DNA of 64,000 nt from Paraphysomonas bandaiensis (taxonomy: Eukaryota; Protista; Chrysophyceae): assembly GCA_965644295.1 (NCBI GenBank), contig CBFFRP010000406.1, forward strand, positions 378,275-442,274, given 5' to 3'. Under the pieces are notes generated by a model. That model was given only the letters and a program-made list of their open reading frames with translations, did not search any database and had not been told where the DNA came from. The first letter of the stretch is position 1, and each line of letters begins with the position of its first letter. Shown here in pieces: positions 25,923-36,367 of this stretch. The translations under genes were made by a program, and so were the position numbers.

Positions 25923-27130
25923 CTCACGGAAAAATTTCGATCAGATTTCATTGATAGCACTAGTGCTAACCTGTATCTTCCCAACTCTAAGAATATAATC
26001 CCATATTTCGACCATCTAACCGTTTCTGCTGTGCGAGGGGCGCAATGCATCTCCGAAAATATGCCACCTGTATTTTGATATCGTCTTTCCTTAAATGTAA
26101 ATATAGTCGGGGACATTCCGGTTTAGTCACCAGTATTTTCCAGATATTGAATTTATTTTTTCCATTCAAAAATGATTTTAAGCGTTTCCCAACTCTCCAT
26201 CTCGTTTCGTATAATTCTTTTGTACTCTAATGAATCGAAATTATTCTTGACATAAATTTTCACTATTCGAGGAATTGTAGAAGCATGTATGTAAAATATG
26301 GAGTCATTTCAATCAGTAAGAAGTCAAGGATTTATTACTGATTACTGATTCAGCAATTACTGCGCGAAGTATTCAGTTGGAGGGATGTTCGATTGACTTT
26401 TCGTCAGGTGAAAGATTCTTTATGTTGAATTTTGCTGGTCTTCAGCAAACAATTAAAAGCTGTATTCATAAGATATTCGAATATTATTTATGACCGTCAC
26501 TTGAAGCATATAGCACTTGAAAACATGAATCAATGAAATGTTATGACATTTCGTCAGATACTAAACTCTAAACTGAAATACTTTGACTGTATAAAATAGA
26601 GTCTTCCACTAGCCACTAATGGGTGCCGGCTTTCAACGCCTACTGCTAAATAACAAGACTTTCAATATATAAAATAGAGTCTGGTAGCCATTAATGGCCC
26701 ACCAATGGGTGCCCAAGCATATTTCAATAATTCGCAACAGTAAATAATCATTTCAACCTCGTAATTGTTTTAATACAAGTAACTGTTTTAATTGTTTTAA
26801 TGATGACTGCCGTTGTTGCATGCATGTTGTTATATAACAGCATTTTTGTGAAAATCCAATCGGCTTTATGTATATCATTATTTAATTAATCAGCAATATC
26901 AAGTTACTGCACGAGTGCTCTTTGATGATTTGTGCTGGCAATTGAGAACTCTAAAGAATGCGAGTAAGCTCCGTAAGAAATTTATGCACAGCAGTCAGTC
27001 AAGATACCAGCAGGTCGGATTCCACATTTGTAGTGATGACCGCTATTTGCATCCATCTGGCCACTTGCTATCATGCGGATTTGGTTCTACTGTATTAAGT
27101 CTAATTCCAAGTGAAACGTCAAGCTGGTAC

Positions 27131-27451
27131 TATTGACTAAAGACCATTTTCAGATGATTAAGATCGTTGTAAGAGAAGTTTAAGTTAGTCAAACTAGATA
27201 GATTACTTTATTATGATTGTATACACAATTGTGTGTGTTGTCATGTAGCACATGTCAACAACATGATAAATTATTTCGTTCATGTTAACCACTGCTCAAC
27301 TTCCGTATCTTGAATCGTCATGATATAATACTTCAGTTTCACAGTTATAGCTATATAGCACCTTTTGACTATTGACTACGTATTACTGTTTTTCACATTG
27401 TATTTAACGTATTCTACAGTACTATCTTAGAGAACCATACGTATTCCAACA
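27131..27451 (-). repeat. 3' LTR of the copia element
   Basis: Matches 32320-32640. Minus-strand ends are TGTTGG...GTCAATA. Confidence 0.95.
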
Positions 27452-27617
27452 CTCCTCCTCAATGTAGAAACGAGTAATCGTCATTATACTGCAGCTATAT
27501 ATATCATCTAGTCATCTTAGGATAAAACGGATGTGAAAATCTTCATAAAGATACTGTGAACATCACACTTCGCTGTAACACAGTTATGTGGGATTCTTAC
27601 CCACTAAAAACACACCC

Positions 27618-30600
27618 TTAACCTTTCTTGAACCGCTTCTTCTGATTCTTCTCAACTTCATTTGAAATGCTCCTCTTTTCCCCTGTGATAGTTTCTTCAT
27701 GGAGTTTAAAGAGCTTTGTAGATAACGCTTTTGTAAATATGTCGGCCGCCATATCCTTAGTCGATACATGAATCAATCTGGCTGTAGGAAACCTTCCATT
27801 TACGTGTTCCCGAACCCAGTGGTACTTTATCTGAATATGTTTTGATCTTTTGTGATAGACTGGATTTTCTGACAGATCTTTTGCACTCTTGCTGTCCATG
27901 AAGAATGGGGTTGGCTTCGTCAATGCGAGTCCTAGCTCTCGTAACACCCCCCGTAGCCACACCAGTTCTTGCATGGCCGCATATTCAGCCATATACTCGG
28001 ACTCCATACTGGAAGTTGCAACTGTAGTCTGCAGTTTGGACTGCCATGCGATTGCTCCAGCACATAAGAATACAATATAACCGGTAGTTGAACGTCTCGT
28101 TAGTATATCACCTGCCCAGTCCGCATCACTAAATACATGTAAATCAAACTTACTCCCACTGAATTTGATTCCTTTGCTGGTGGTGCCTCTCAAATATTTC
28201 AATAAATGAATAGCTAAACGACACGATGCGTATGTAGGATTACTGCTGTATCTCGATAGTAATCCGATTGCATAGGCGAGATCTGGTCTTGTGTGGAGTG
28301 CGAGATACAGGATTGCTCCAATAATACTACGATACGGAAATTTTGAGACCCAGTCCTCCTGTTCTGATGTAAGTTCCCGTTCTGCAGCTAGTAGTTCTTG
28401 TGCATTTGATGGCAACGGAGCTTCCTTATTCTTTCTACTGTTTCCCATGACATGGTTGAATTTCTGAATCACTTTCTCCGCATACTGTGATTGATCTAGT
28501 TTGAACCAGTCTTCGCCTCTCGTGATTCGAATATTTAGGAAACTTTGGCACTCTCCCATGTCCCTCATTTCAAACGTTTGGCAGAACTTGTTCTTGACAA
28601 AAACAAGGAATTCAAAATCCACAGATGCGATTATGATGTCATCTACATACAGGAGTAATAACGTAAGTTTGCCTTGGTGCCAACGATAATATAAGCAGGT
28701 ATCTAACACGCATGATCTAAACTGCATTGACTTTATGAATTTATCGATGTGGCGATTCCACTGACGCGGTGAGGCTCGTAAACCATATAGTGCTTTGATG
28801 AGTTTAAAACACCATCCATTGCTGAGCTCCTCATCTGGAGGTGGGTACATGTAGACATCTTCATCTAAATTTGCATAACAAAATGCAGAACTGACATCAA
28901 GCTGGTGTACATGCATATGGAACATAAAAGCAATTGCAATCACGAGCCTGATAGTTATCCCTTTGACAACCGGTGCAAATGTAGATGGCTCCTCCTCAGT
29001 TTTCTCCTGAAGATTTCCTAGTGCGACTAGTCGAGCTTTATACTTCTGTATGTTGCCTAGTATGTCACGCTTGAGTTTGTGAACATACTTACATCTGATT
29101 AATTTGACCCCAGATGGTCGACGTACTATCTTCAAAACGCCTCTTCGTAAAAGAGCTTTCTTCTCTATTCGTCTGGCTGTTCTCCATTCTTCCGCTTGAG
29201 GGGACCTCTCCGCCTCTAGAAAACTGTTCGGTTCATGGACGTGTTTATTCTCAGTACTCTCCTCTGAATCCATGACATTTACATCGGCATCCATTACCTC
29301 TATCATGTTAATTTCTCCTAACACTGAAGCATTAGCTAGCCTCCTCCGTAAACGCTTACGTTTCTCTGCATCCCTTTTAGATACTCTCTGTAGGGTATTA
29401 GTACTGTTAGAATTTATAGTATCAGTATATTCAGGTACTCCCTGTTTTACTGCTCGATCAGGTTCTCCCTGAGCTGCATCTGCATCAAGTACTCCTTGAG
29501 TCATATCTTCATCAGGTGCTCCCTGACTAATACCATGGTTAACTAGCTGCTCCTGATGGCTCTCAGGTGCTGGGATAGTGGACGTACTCCGTCCATCAGT
29601 GGTACTAGAAGCGTCCCTCGTTCCCGTATATCCCGTGTATCCAGGCGTATTCCTTGTCATTACCTGAACATCTTCTATATGTATGGGTACCTTCTGCTCA
29701 ATGTGGGTTCTCCCCGCAGTTACAAGTGACCGATAACCAACAATGACACCCTTTCTTTCTACCACTCTGGTGGTCTTGTACAACAGCCCGTCTTCATCGT
29801 CTATGTGAAAAGTCTTCACGAGATGCTGATAATCATTCACCGTCTTTGGTCTAGGTGCTGTTCGTACTCGAAGAGCGTCGATTTCTGCGTAATATTCTTC
29901 GGTGCGGGAAGGTATACTCTCATCTGTGAGTATGTGTACACACGTAATTACCTTATCGGTTGCTGGGAGATACACCTGGTATCCAACTTTATCTTCCGAA
30001 TATCCCACTAGGTATCCAATCTTTGATTTATCGTCCCAGTCCTTTCGCCTGTCCGCCTTAGGTGTCAATATATAAGTTTTGCACCCCCATACTCTAAAAT
30101 ATTTCAAACTGGGTGGCTGACCCGTGACATACTCATATGGGGACATGTATCCTCTGTCCGTCCTTGTAGGGAGTCTGATCAGTGTATAGCGAGCAGCATG
30201 ATACGCGTCTAACCAGAATGGAACCGGTAGGCCTGACTGCAACAACATCGCCAACGCCATCTCTGATGCAGTCCTGAATTTTCGCTCCTCTACTGCATTC
30301 ATTTCCGGACTATCTGTTGAAGACCAAGTATGTTTGTAGCAGCCTTGTGATCTCAAATAGCTCCTAAGTTCTTGATTTATGAGTTCTCCAGCTCCATCAG
30401 CGTGGTAGTGGTCCACTCTCAGCTTATATTGCCTAATCTCTCCTTCGAACACCTCTCTAAAAAACTGAATCACTTCTTCTTTAGTACGCTGGTTTACGCC
30501 TTTTACCCAGAACATCCTACTCGGGTGATGAGTTAGTTTGATCACGTAGCGCTCATCACCTCGAGCGGGAGTATTCAGAAATACTTGCACATCAGCCGAT

Positions 30601-32336
30601 ATGTCCGGCTTGACATCCGTATCCTCCTTTGTGTGAAACGAAACTCTCGTAATCTTTGATCTGGCACATATGCTACAGAGACAAGATTTTTTTAATGCAG
30701 TCTTCGATAGGTGCTTCCTCTGCAGATTTGAGCCCGTGAACAACATCCTTCTATGTGCCTCCGTTAGAGCCCCTTTGTTGAAATGGCCCATTCTCCTATG
30801 CAGCAGTTCCAGCTCGTCCTCACCAGTCCTATCGCTAAGATTTACTTCACAATTACTCGGTGTAGACACATCTGGAAGCTCCAACAGCTGCTGAGTTGGA
30901 ACTGCAGTCATTCCATTTTTCATGGGTCCCTCCAGTACCAGCTCACCGGTATTACAGTCATAAATTTGGATCCCATACCACACCGTGAATCGATAGCCCA
31001 TTTCGTTCAGCTTACGTCCGGAGCACAGGCATCGATTGATCTGATCTGAAATTTCTATGTCTCTCCATGCTCCACGGGAACCCACACTTGTGATATGAAT
31101 CTCTGATCCCTTCTTAGATCCGTTTATCACCTTTGATGTATTCATATGAGTGTCAAGCATGGTCACATCATTCATCAAGAACATTGATGATGAACAGCAT
31201 GTATCTATGTATGTATAGTGTTCAGCAGTACCAATCATACAACATGTGTCACTTTTATCATATATATCAACAGCACAGTCATAAAGCATATTCGCTTCGG
31301 ACTCCGAGTCAGACTCGGTTCCTCCTCTGCGGATATTCTCGAATGTGAAAACCTTCCCAGATTTCTGGGGTTTCTTGGTCTTTCCAGTCGAATTTCGGGG
31401 ACATTCGTTCGCGCGATGGTTTTTGGATTTGCATACTCTGCATCCTGTATATTCCTTACTGCCCGGTCTTTGTCCCTTCGTTTCCCCCTTTTTCTTCCTA
31501 CATTGTTCTGTATTATGATTGTGTATTATACCTTTCTTCGAGCAATAAGTGCACTTCCTCTTTGTAGATACTCTCTCTTTCTTTCGAGGCTTTTCAATAT
31601 GATTCAGCTCCTCCGTGCTCTTGCGCTTCTTCTCTATGATTTTCCTCCCATACTTGGTGTCGTCGAACTGTTCGATACGTTTGGATAGCAATTCATATGG
31701 TACATCATCGGGCATTAAATACAGGGCATAATTCAAACCGTCATATTCATCACTGATAATTCCCTCCTTCAGCCTACTAATTTTTGATTCTTCCGTTACC
31801 GTTTGGTTATGCGCCTGAAGTTCACGAAGAAGCAGCTCAAAACGCAGTACATACTCTTTCGCGGTCTCCCCTGGCTTCATCTCGAATGATCCAAACTGAG
31901 CAAGCAGAGCACTAATCTTGTTTTGTGTTCCCCCTTCAAAACACGATTTAAGAGTGCTAACCATCTCTCTGGCGCTGAACTTATTAACTCTTCCTTCAGC
32001 TGCCTTGAACTCCTTGTGCTTCAGATGAAACTTCTGCAGCGCCTTCGGAGATCGCTTCACCGCCTCTCTGCAGTATGAGTAGGCAATTGCATTCGCCTTC
32101 CAATACTTGTCCACCGCTTCTTTGTAGGACTTGGTCTCAAGACTATTCAGGGGTTGAATTCCGAAATCCTCTTCCTCTGGTGGCCTTTCTAGAGCCACCT
32201 CACTCTGCTCCTTTCTCATAAGGAACGTCTCAAAGTCTTCGATCCATTGTTCAACGTTGCTCTCGTCGAACCATGGAACATCAGCTCTATCCTCCTTCTC
32301 TCCTCCGCATTCGCTACCATATTGACTAAAGACCAT
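27618..32336 (-). CDS. Copia Gag-Pol polyprotein (Gag, protease, integrase, RT, RNase H)
   Basis: Zinc knuckle CRVCKSKNHRANEC; protease YIDTCCS; integrase HRRMGH..CSIC, SAD, HADGAGE, VEER; RT QLDVSSAF, LYGL, YVDD; RNase H SDADWAG, ESEY, DSKSA, ADIFTK. Integrase precedes RT, the copia order. First in-frame ATG is at 32336. Confidence 0.96.
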   Translation of the reverse strand: MVFSQYGSECGGEKEDRADVPWFDESNVEQWIEDFETFLMRKEQSEVALERPPEEEDFGIQPLNSLETKSYKEAVDKYWKANAIAYSYCREAVKRSPKALQKFHLKHKEFKAAEGRVNKFSAREMVSTLKSCFEGGTQNKISALLAQFGSFEMKPGETAKEYVLRFELLLRELQAHNQTVTEESKISRLKEGIISDEYDGLNYALYLMPDDVPYELLSKRIEQFDDTKYGRKIIEKKRKSTEELNHIEKPRKKERVSTKRKCTYCSKKGIIHNHNTEQCRKKKGETKGQRPGSKEYTGCRVCKSKNHRANECPRNSTGKTKKPQKSGKVFTFENIRRGGTESDSESEANMLYDCAVDIYDKSDTCCMIGTAEHYTYIDTCCSSSMFLMNDVTMLDTHMNTSKVINGSKKGSEIHITSVGSRGAWRDIEISDQINRCLCSGRKLNEMGYRFTVWYGIQIYDCNTGELVLEGPMKNGMTAVPTQQLLELPDVSTPSNCEVNLSDRTGEDELELLHRRMGHFNKGALTEAHRRMLFTGSNLQRKHLSKTALKKSCLCSICARSKITRVSFHTKEDTDVKPDISADVQVFLNTPARGDERYVIKLTHHPSRMFWVKGVNQRTKEEVIQFFREVFEGEIRQYKLRVDHYHADGAGELINQELRSYLRSQGCYKHTWSSTDSPEMNAVEERKFRTASEMALAMLLQSGLPVPFWLDAYHAARYTLIRLPTRTDRGYMSPYEYVTGQPPSLKYFRVWGCKTYILTPKADRRKDWDDKSKIGYLVGYSEDKVGYQVYLPATDKVITCVHILTDESIPSRTEEYYAEIDALRVRTAPRPKTVNDYQHLVKTFHIDDEDGLLYKTTRVVERKGVIVGYRSLVTAGRTHIEQKVPIHIEDVQVMTRNTPGYTGYTGTRDASSTTDGRSTSTIPAPESHQEQLVNHGISQGAPDEDMTQGVLDADAAQGEPDRAVKQGVPEYTDTINSNSTNTLQRVSKRDAEKRKRLRRRLANASVLGEINMIEVMDADVNVMDSEESTENKHVHEPNSFLEAERSPQAEEWRTARRIEKKALLRRGVLKIVRRPSGVKLIRCKYVHKLKRDILGNIQKYKARLVALGNLQEKTEEEPSTFAPVVKGITIRLVIAIAFMFHMHVHQLDVSSAFCYANLDEDVYMYPPPDEELSNGWCFKLIKALYGLRASPRQWNRHIDKFIKSMQFRSCVLDTCLYYRWHQGKLTLLLLYVDDIIIASVDFEFLVFVKNKFCQTFEMRDMGECQSFLNIRITRGEDWFKLDQSQYAEKVIQKFNHVMGNSRKNKEAPLPSNAQELLAAERELTSEQEDWVSKFPYRSIIGAILYLALHTRPDLAYAIGLLSRYSSNPTYASCRLAIHLLKYLRGTTSKGIKFSGSKFDLHVFSDADWAGDILTRRSTTGYIVFLCAGAIAWQSKLQTTVATSSMESEYMAEYAAMQELVWLRGVLRELGLALTKPTPFFMDSKSAKDLSENPVYHKRSKHIQIKYHWVREHVNGRFPTARLIHVSTKDMAADIFTKALSTKLFKLHEETITGEKRSISNEVEKNQKKRFKKG
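32311..32319 (-). promoter_or_regulatory. Primer-binding site TGGTAGCGA, probably for initiator tRNA-Met
   Basis: Abuts the 5' LTR, begins with TGG complementary to tRNA CCA, and resembles the Ty1 PBS TGGTAGCGCC. Confidence 0.75.
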
Positions 32337-32640
32337 TTTCAGATGATTAAGATCGTTGTAAGAGAAGTTTAAGTTAGTCAAACTAGATAGATTACTTTAT
32401 TATGATTGTATACACAATTGTGTGTGTTGTCATGTAGCACATGTCAACAACATGATAAATTATTTCGTTCATGTTAACCACTGCTCAACTTCCGTATCTT
32501 GAATCGTCATGATATAATACTTCAGTTTCACAGTTATAGCTATATAGCACCTTTTGACTATTGACTACGTATTACTGTTTTTCACATTGTATTTAACGTA
32601 TTCTACAGTACTATCTTAGAGAACCATACGTATTCCAACA
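32320..32640 (-). repeat. 5' LTR of the copia element
   Basis: Matches 27131-27451 and is followed by the PBS on the minus strand. Confidence 0.95.
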
Positions 32641-33566
32641 GGTACAATTACCGGATGACTTGAAATTCTTCCAATGTGTGTCAATATAGAAGAACACCAG
32701 CGGCCTCGACAAGGTTCGTACTTATGTTTCACGAACTCGTCACAAGACTCCCGACTGTCGAGCGTCATCTAGGCAACAATGCTGCTATTTTTCATAACGC
32801 TGCTTCGAAAAGGCAGTCGTAAAGATTAAATATGGCAACAAAGCCTTTTTTTACGCGGACGTCAAACGTCAAAGCATTGAATTAGTAGCAGTTGAGCTAA
32901 TTTATAGATACTTGAGTACGTAGTGTTGTATCAATTGAATTGCAATTAATTTCAATTAATGAATTGGGACAGCAAGTAATAATTTCAATTAGAATTGACT
33001 TCAACCTGCGTCAATTAATTGTTACGCAGCCCTGCTCACCATTCAAATATATCTATAGTTGATATGGCTACTTCATATAACACTGTTTGTAGATACCTTA
33101 TTATACAATTAATGGCTATAATTCAAAACCTTAGAAATGCAGCTTCTAATTGCTAATAATAAGACATTCACTACTTGTCAATTTATCGCATAAAATAACA
33201 TGAAATGAGTTTAACAAAGAAGTGTACTTATTACATACTGATGATCGCTAAATCAAAAGAAAATACATACACATAAGCGCCTATATTGTAATAACTCTTT
33301 ACAAGCCTACTAGGAAACTAACACAGAAATCTTATCGATCAATGACATACGAAAACTGTAACAACGCAAGCACTGGTAGTGCATCTAGTGTCGTCTTTCA
33401 TGAAACACATAGCAACATGGACCAAGAAGAGGGGTAAAAAAAAGTACCGATAAAAACACGGCAAAACACAATACGAGAGGGAAGGAGTGCACAGAATCAC
33501 AGGTCTATTGTAAACAGGACTCATTTGTACATCTCCATGTAACTCTAATATCACTGCAACATACAT

Positions 33567-34049
33567 TCACAAAGTGCGACGAGCATTCGCAAATTCGATG
33601 ATGCAATATTTAGAAGGCAGTATGGCTTTTGAAAAGGAAATGAATCTGCCGAGGAGAGATTTCTGTTTCTGTAATTTGGTTTCACAGCTTCTGATAGCAG
33701 TTTTCCACGCATCCATGTGATTTAGTTGAGGAGGGAGAAGTCTGCAAACTTGCTCAATATGAAGAAAAGCATGCTGTTGTGACATAGCTTTCTCGGGCAT
33801 GTGAAGCATAACATATGAGAGCAGGTCGGATGATGCACCTTCGGATAATGATAACGAAAAATTGCTCTCCAACTGGCTCTTGAGGTCAAAATCCTCTGCA
33901 GAATGAAAGCACGCATCGCATAGAAACACTAATATTGCATCTCGCTCTCGAGGAGGTAGGCGAGATAATCCCAAGAGAGTTTGATACAAGACCCGCACGT
34001 TAGCTATGTCTCTATAATCTGAATACTTGAAAGGGGTTTGTTTGGTCAT
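33567..34049 (-). CDS. Hypothetical helical protein of about 160 aa
   Basis: Open frame MTKQTPFKYSDYRDIANVRVLYQ... with globular-looking composition. Boundaries uncertain. Confidence 0.45.
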   Translation of the reverse strand: MTKQTPFKYSDYRDIANVRVLYQTLLGLSRLPPRERDAILVFLCDACFHSAEDFDLKSQLESNFSLSLSEGASSDLLSYVMLHMPEKAMSQQHAFLHIEQVCRLLPPQLNHMDAWKTAIRSCETKLQKQKSLLGRFISFSKAILPSKYCIIEFANARRTL

Positions 34050-34868
34050 TTCAAGATAGAAACAGCTGTAGTAGTAAACACGCAACACACTGAAGTGAGC
34101 TTTAGATCTAGCCCTTGTTCATATAGGGTAATATTGACATAGGTGTAATGGCCTGGAGATGATAATGGAAACTACAGACAGCATGAGGCTGCGTTGCGTC
34201 TATTGATCTGGTTGCTGGGACTGCTCTCCATCACATATCTATATATACACATACATACGTGTGACTGGAACTCTATAGAAGCTCATGCGAGGGATGGAAG
34301 GGAAGACCTCGTACTCACCAGCACCAGATACTAGGTGTAACCGTTGAAAGTCATACTCACGAGCACCAGATCCAGTACCGCCATACAGTATTCCACTGTA
34401 TTTCGCCTCTATCACTCCACAGTAGCAGTGTATTCAGTGGATAGAAGTACGCATAGGTATACTCTGAAGTGTCCACTGGTCTCTTCATTCATATCCGTAT
34501 GATCGGCCATGATATCGCAGGTGGAAGAGACTTGTTGCTAGCTCATGATGATTGCTCCTTATCAGGAGGATTGTTTACAAGGCATGCATCTCCTTTACTG
34601 AATTTATGACTGACTTCAGAGCATCAGCGTATCAGTATATATATTTGCCATAGTGCTACAGCCAGGCGTCAGTATTTAGAAAGTAAATACACCATAATTA
34701 GTTTTAAAAAACTAGTACCTGGCAAAGCTATTACAGTCCCTTATACCACAGGCGCTCACAATCGAAAGCTTCAATTATTTGGCTATATTTTTATTGAATA
34801 AGTGGTGGAGTTAGAGATATATAGAACGATGTATTGGATAGCGCAGCCTTCGACAAAGAGCCAGCGGA

Positions 34869-35043
34869 ATTGCCAAGGAGATCTCCTGATCTTAGACTGA
34901 GAGATTTGAATTACTGACAATATTTTGATTTAATTCTTTGGCTTGCCAACGAGGTCTCCTGATCTTAGACTGATTAGGATAACTGATAAAATTCTGATTA
35001 TTACTAGTGGATCATGCACGAGTAAGTAGGGATCATGCACGAG
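34869..35043. repeat. Two short direct-repeat pairs
   Basis: ttgccaa.gag.tctcctgatcttagactga at about 34870 and 34943; ggatcatgcacgag at about 35009 and 35030. Confidence 0.7.
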
Positions 35044-35191
35044 CAACGTATCTATTAAACCATATTTTACTTGAAGATATGTTGCGTTAAACTCTTTCTC
35101 AACTAAAAGTATGCATTTACATCACATATCGCTGAGATGTGAGTTGTGTATATATGCTTCCTGCATTTAGTATGAGATATATGATATATTA

Positions 35192-36342
35192 TTCAACCTA
35201 GTCAATTTGGTTGAATTTCCTAGTCATACTATTTTCGGTGTAAAAACCTAGTCAAAGCAATAAATGACTCAACCTAGCCAATTATAGTATTAAACCTAGT
35301 CGTTCTGATATCCATTGATTACACATTGTGACTGTCTAAGATACCCGCACACACCACACAACATATTGATGATTCGGAGAGCATCACAACAAACATAGCA
35401 ATTAATTCATATATGCATATCTAATATCTACTTAACAGTGTATGTGTATGCACTATCTATATAGCTATATAGCTTATTAGTGTACGATGGGTCCCTTATT
35501 CAGTGTTATTAGGAGGAAGAGTGGTCAGTGAAGCTGTGCTGTGGACATAACCCCATGAATATACAGACACCTGGAGAGCTTCATACGCTATGAGTGAGAT
35601 CGCTTATCTTCCTTCACTTCACTTCACGACAAGCGACTTGTTGAATGAGCGACTGCATTGGCTTCCAGGAGGGCATGAATACCCCATGTTTTCAGACCGA
35701 TTAAGAAAAAAGAGGGGTTTTCATGATGTCACAAAGTCTGTATATTTGTAGAAACAACATCACTGAAATGGACTGCCTCTCCAGGAGCAGATCAAACGAT
35801 GAGGAGTCTGTCGTACAGTGTACAGTAGAGCCCTTTAATCTCTCTGCCACGGGATGGATCACTGGCAGTCTCCCTAAATAGTCTCTTGATGCTCCGGTTG
35901 TGAGCTGTACACTGCAGTGGTTAACTCTACACTGCAGTGGTTGTGAGCTGTTATCGTCAGGAAACATTATTGTGAAGCTCCATTATGCCTGACAGAATTT
36001 GCAGTAGTCCTTGCAATAATTCGAGTACTTGGAGATGTGTATATGCTTGGATAGGTGCTGGTATACAAGAGCGAGAAAGTGATTCGATGGCTGCGTCGGT
36101 TCTCTGATGCCCCTGATGAGATATTTGTCCATCCTAAGATACGATGCTGAAATATATGATGTACATTGCATGCATGCAACGTTTGCTAGAGTATGCTCCC
36201 ACGTTTGACTAGGTGAATACCCTATTCCACCTAGTCAACCTATAGTCATTGTAAAGTTAAAAATTAAATTATTATTTAATGACTAGGTTTTTACACCAAT
36301 TTTGGTGTGACTAGGAAATTCCACTAAATTGACTACGTCGAA
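35192..36342. mobile_element. Non-autonomous TIR DNA element (about 1.2 kb) with internal decayed coding sequence
   Basis: 62-bp inverted repeats at 35192-35253 and 36281-36342 (52/62 match), with reiterated subterminal CCTAGTC motifs. Broken minus-strand ORFs lie at 35701-36179. Exact outer ends and TSD not resolved. Confidence 0.75.
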
Positions 36343-36367
36343 AAATAGATCCCATCTAGTATTAATG

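Larger units (their letters stand above)
27131..32640 (-). mobile_element. Full-length, recently inserted Ty1/copia LTR retrotransposon (5,510 bp)
   Basis: Two 321-bp LTRs with no difference seen by eye, 5-bp TSD GGTAC (27126-27130 and 32641-32645), PBS TGGTAGCGA directly after the 5' LTR, PPT GAGGAGGAG (27452-27460), and a single intact ORF. Confidence 0.97.
26915..33034 (+). pseudogene. Degenerate hAT-like transposase (26915-27130 and 32641-32870) interrupted by the copia element; TIR-like right end at 33022-33034
   Basis: Frameshifted fragments QLRTLKNASKLRK, QDTSRSDSTFVVM, DRYL, LSLIPS [copia] DDLKFFQCVS, LDKVR, LMFHELVTRLPTVERHLGNNAAIFHN, FEKAVVKI follow the order of stramenopile hAT-like transposases, recalled from memory. 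The end ttacgcagccctg is the reverse complement of CAGGGCTGCGTAA. Confidence 0.6.

Noticed and set aside
32337-32381. ORF-track start of Gag-Pol at 32381
   Set aside because: It is a TTG codon. The first ATG in frame is 32336.
26675-33034. A single hAT element bounded by 26675 and 33034
   Set aside because: The two ends differ in sequence and their 8-bp flanks do not form a TSD.
34869-35043. Short spaced direct repeats as a CRISPR-like array
   Set aside because: Only two units of each, no Cas genes, and a eukaryotic context.
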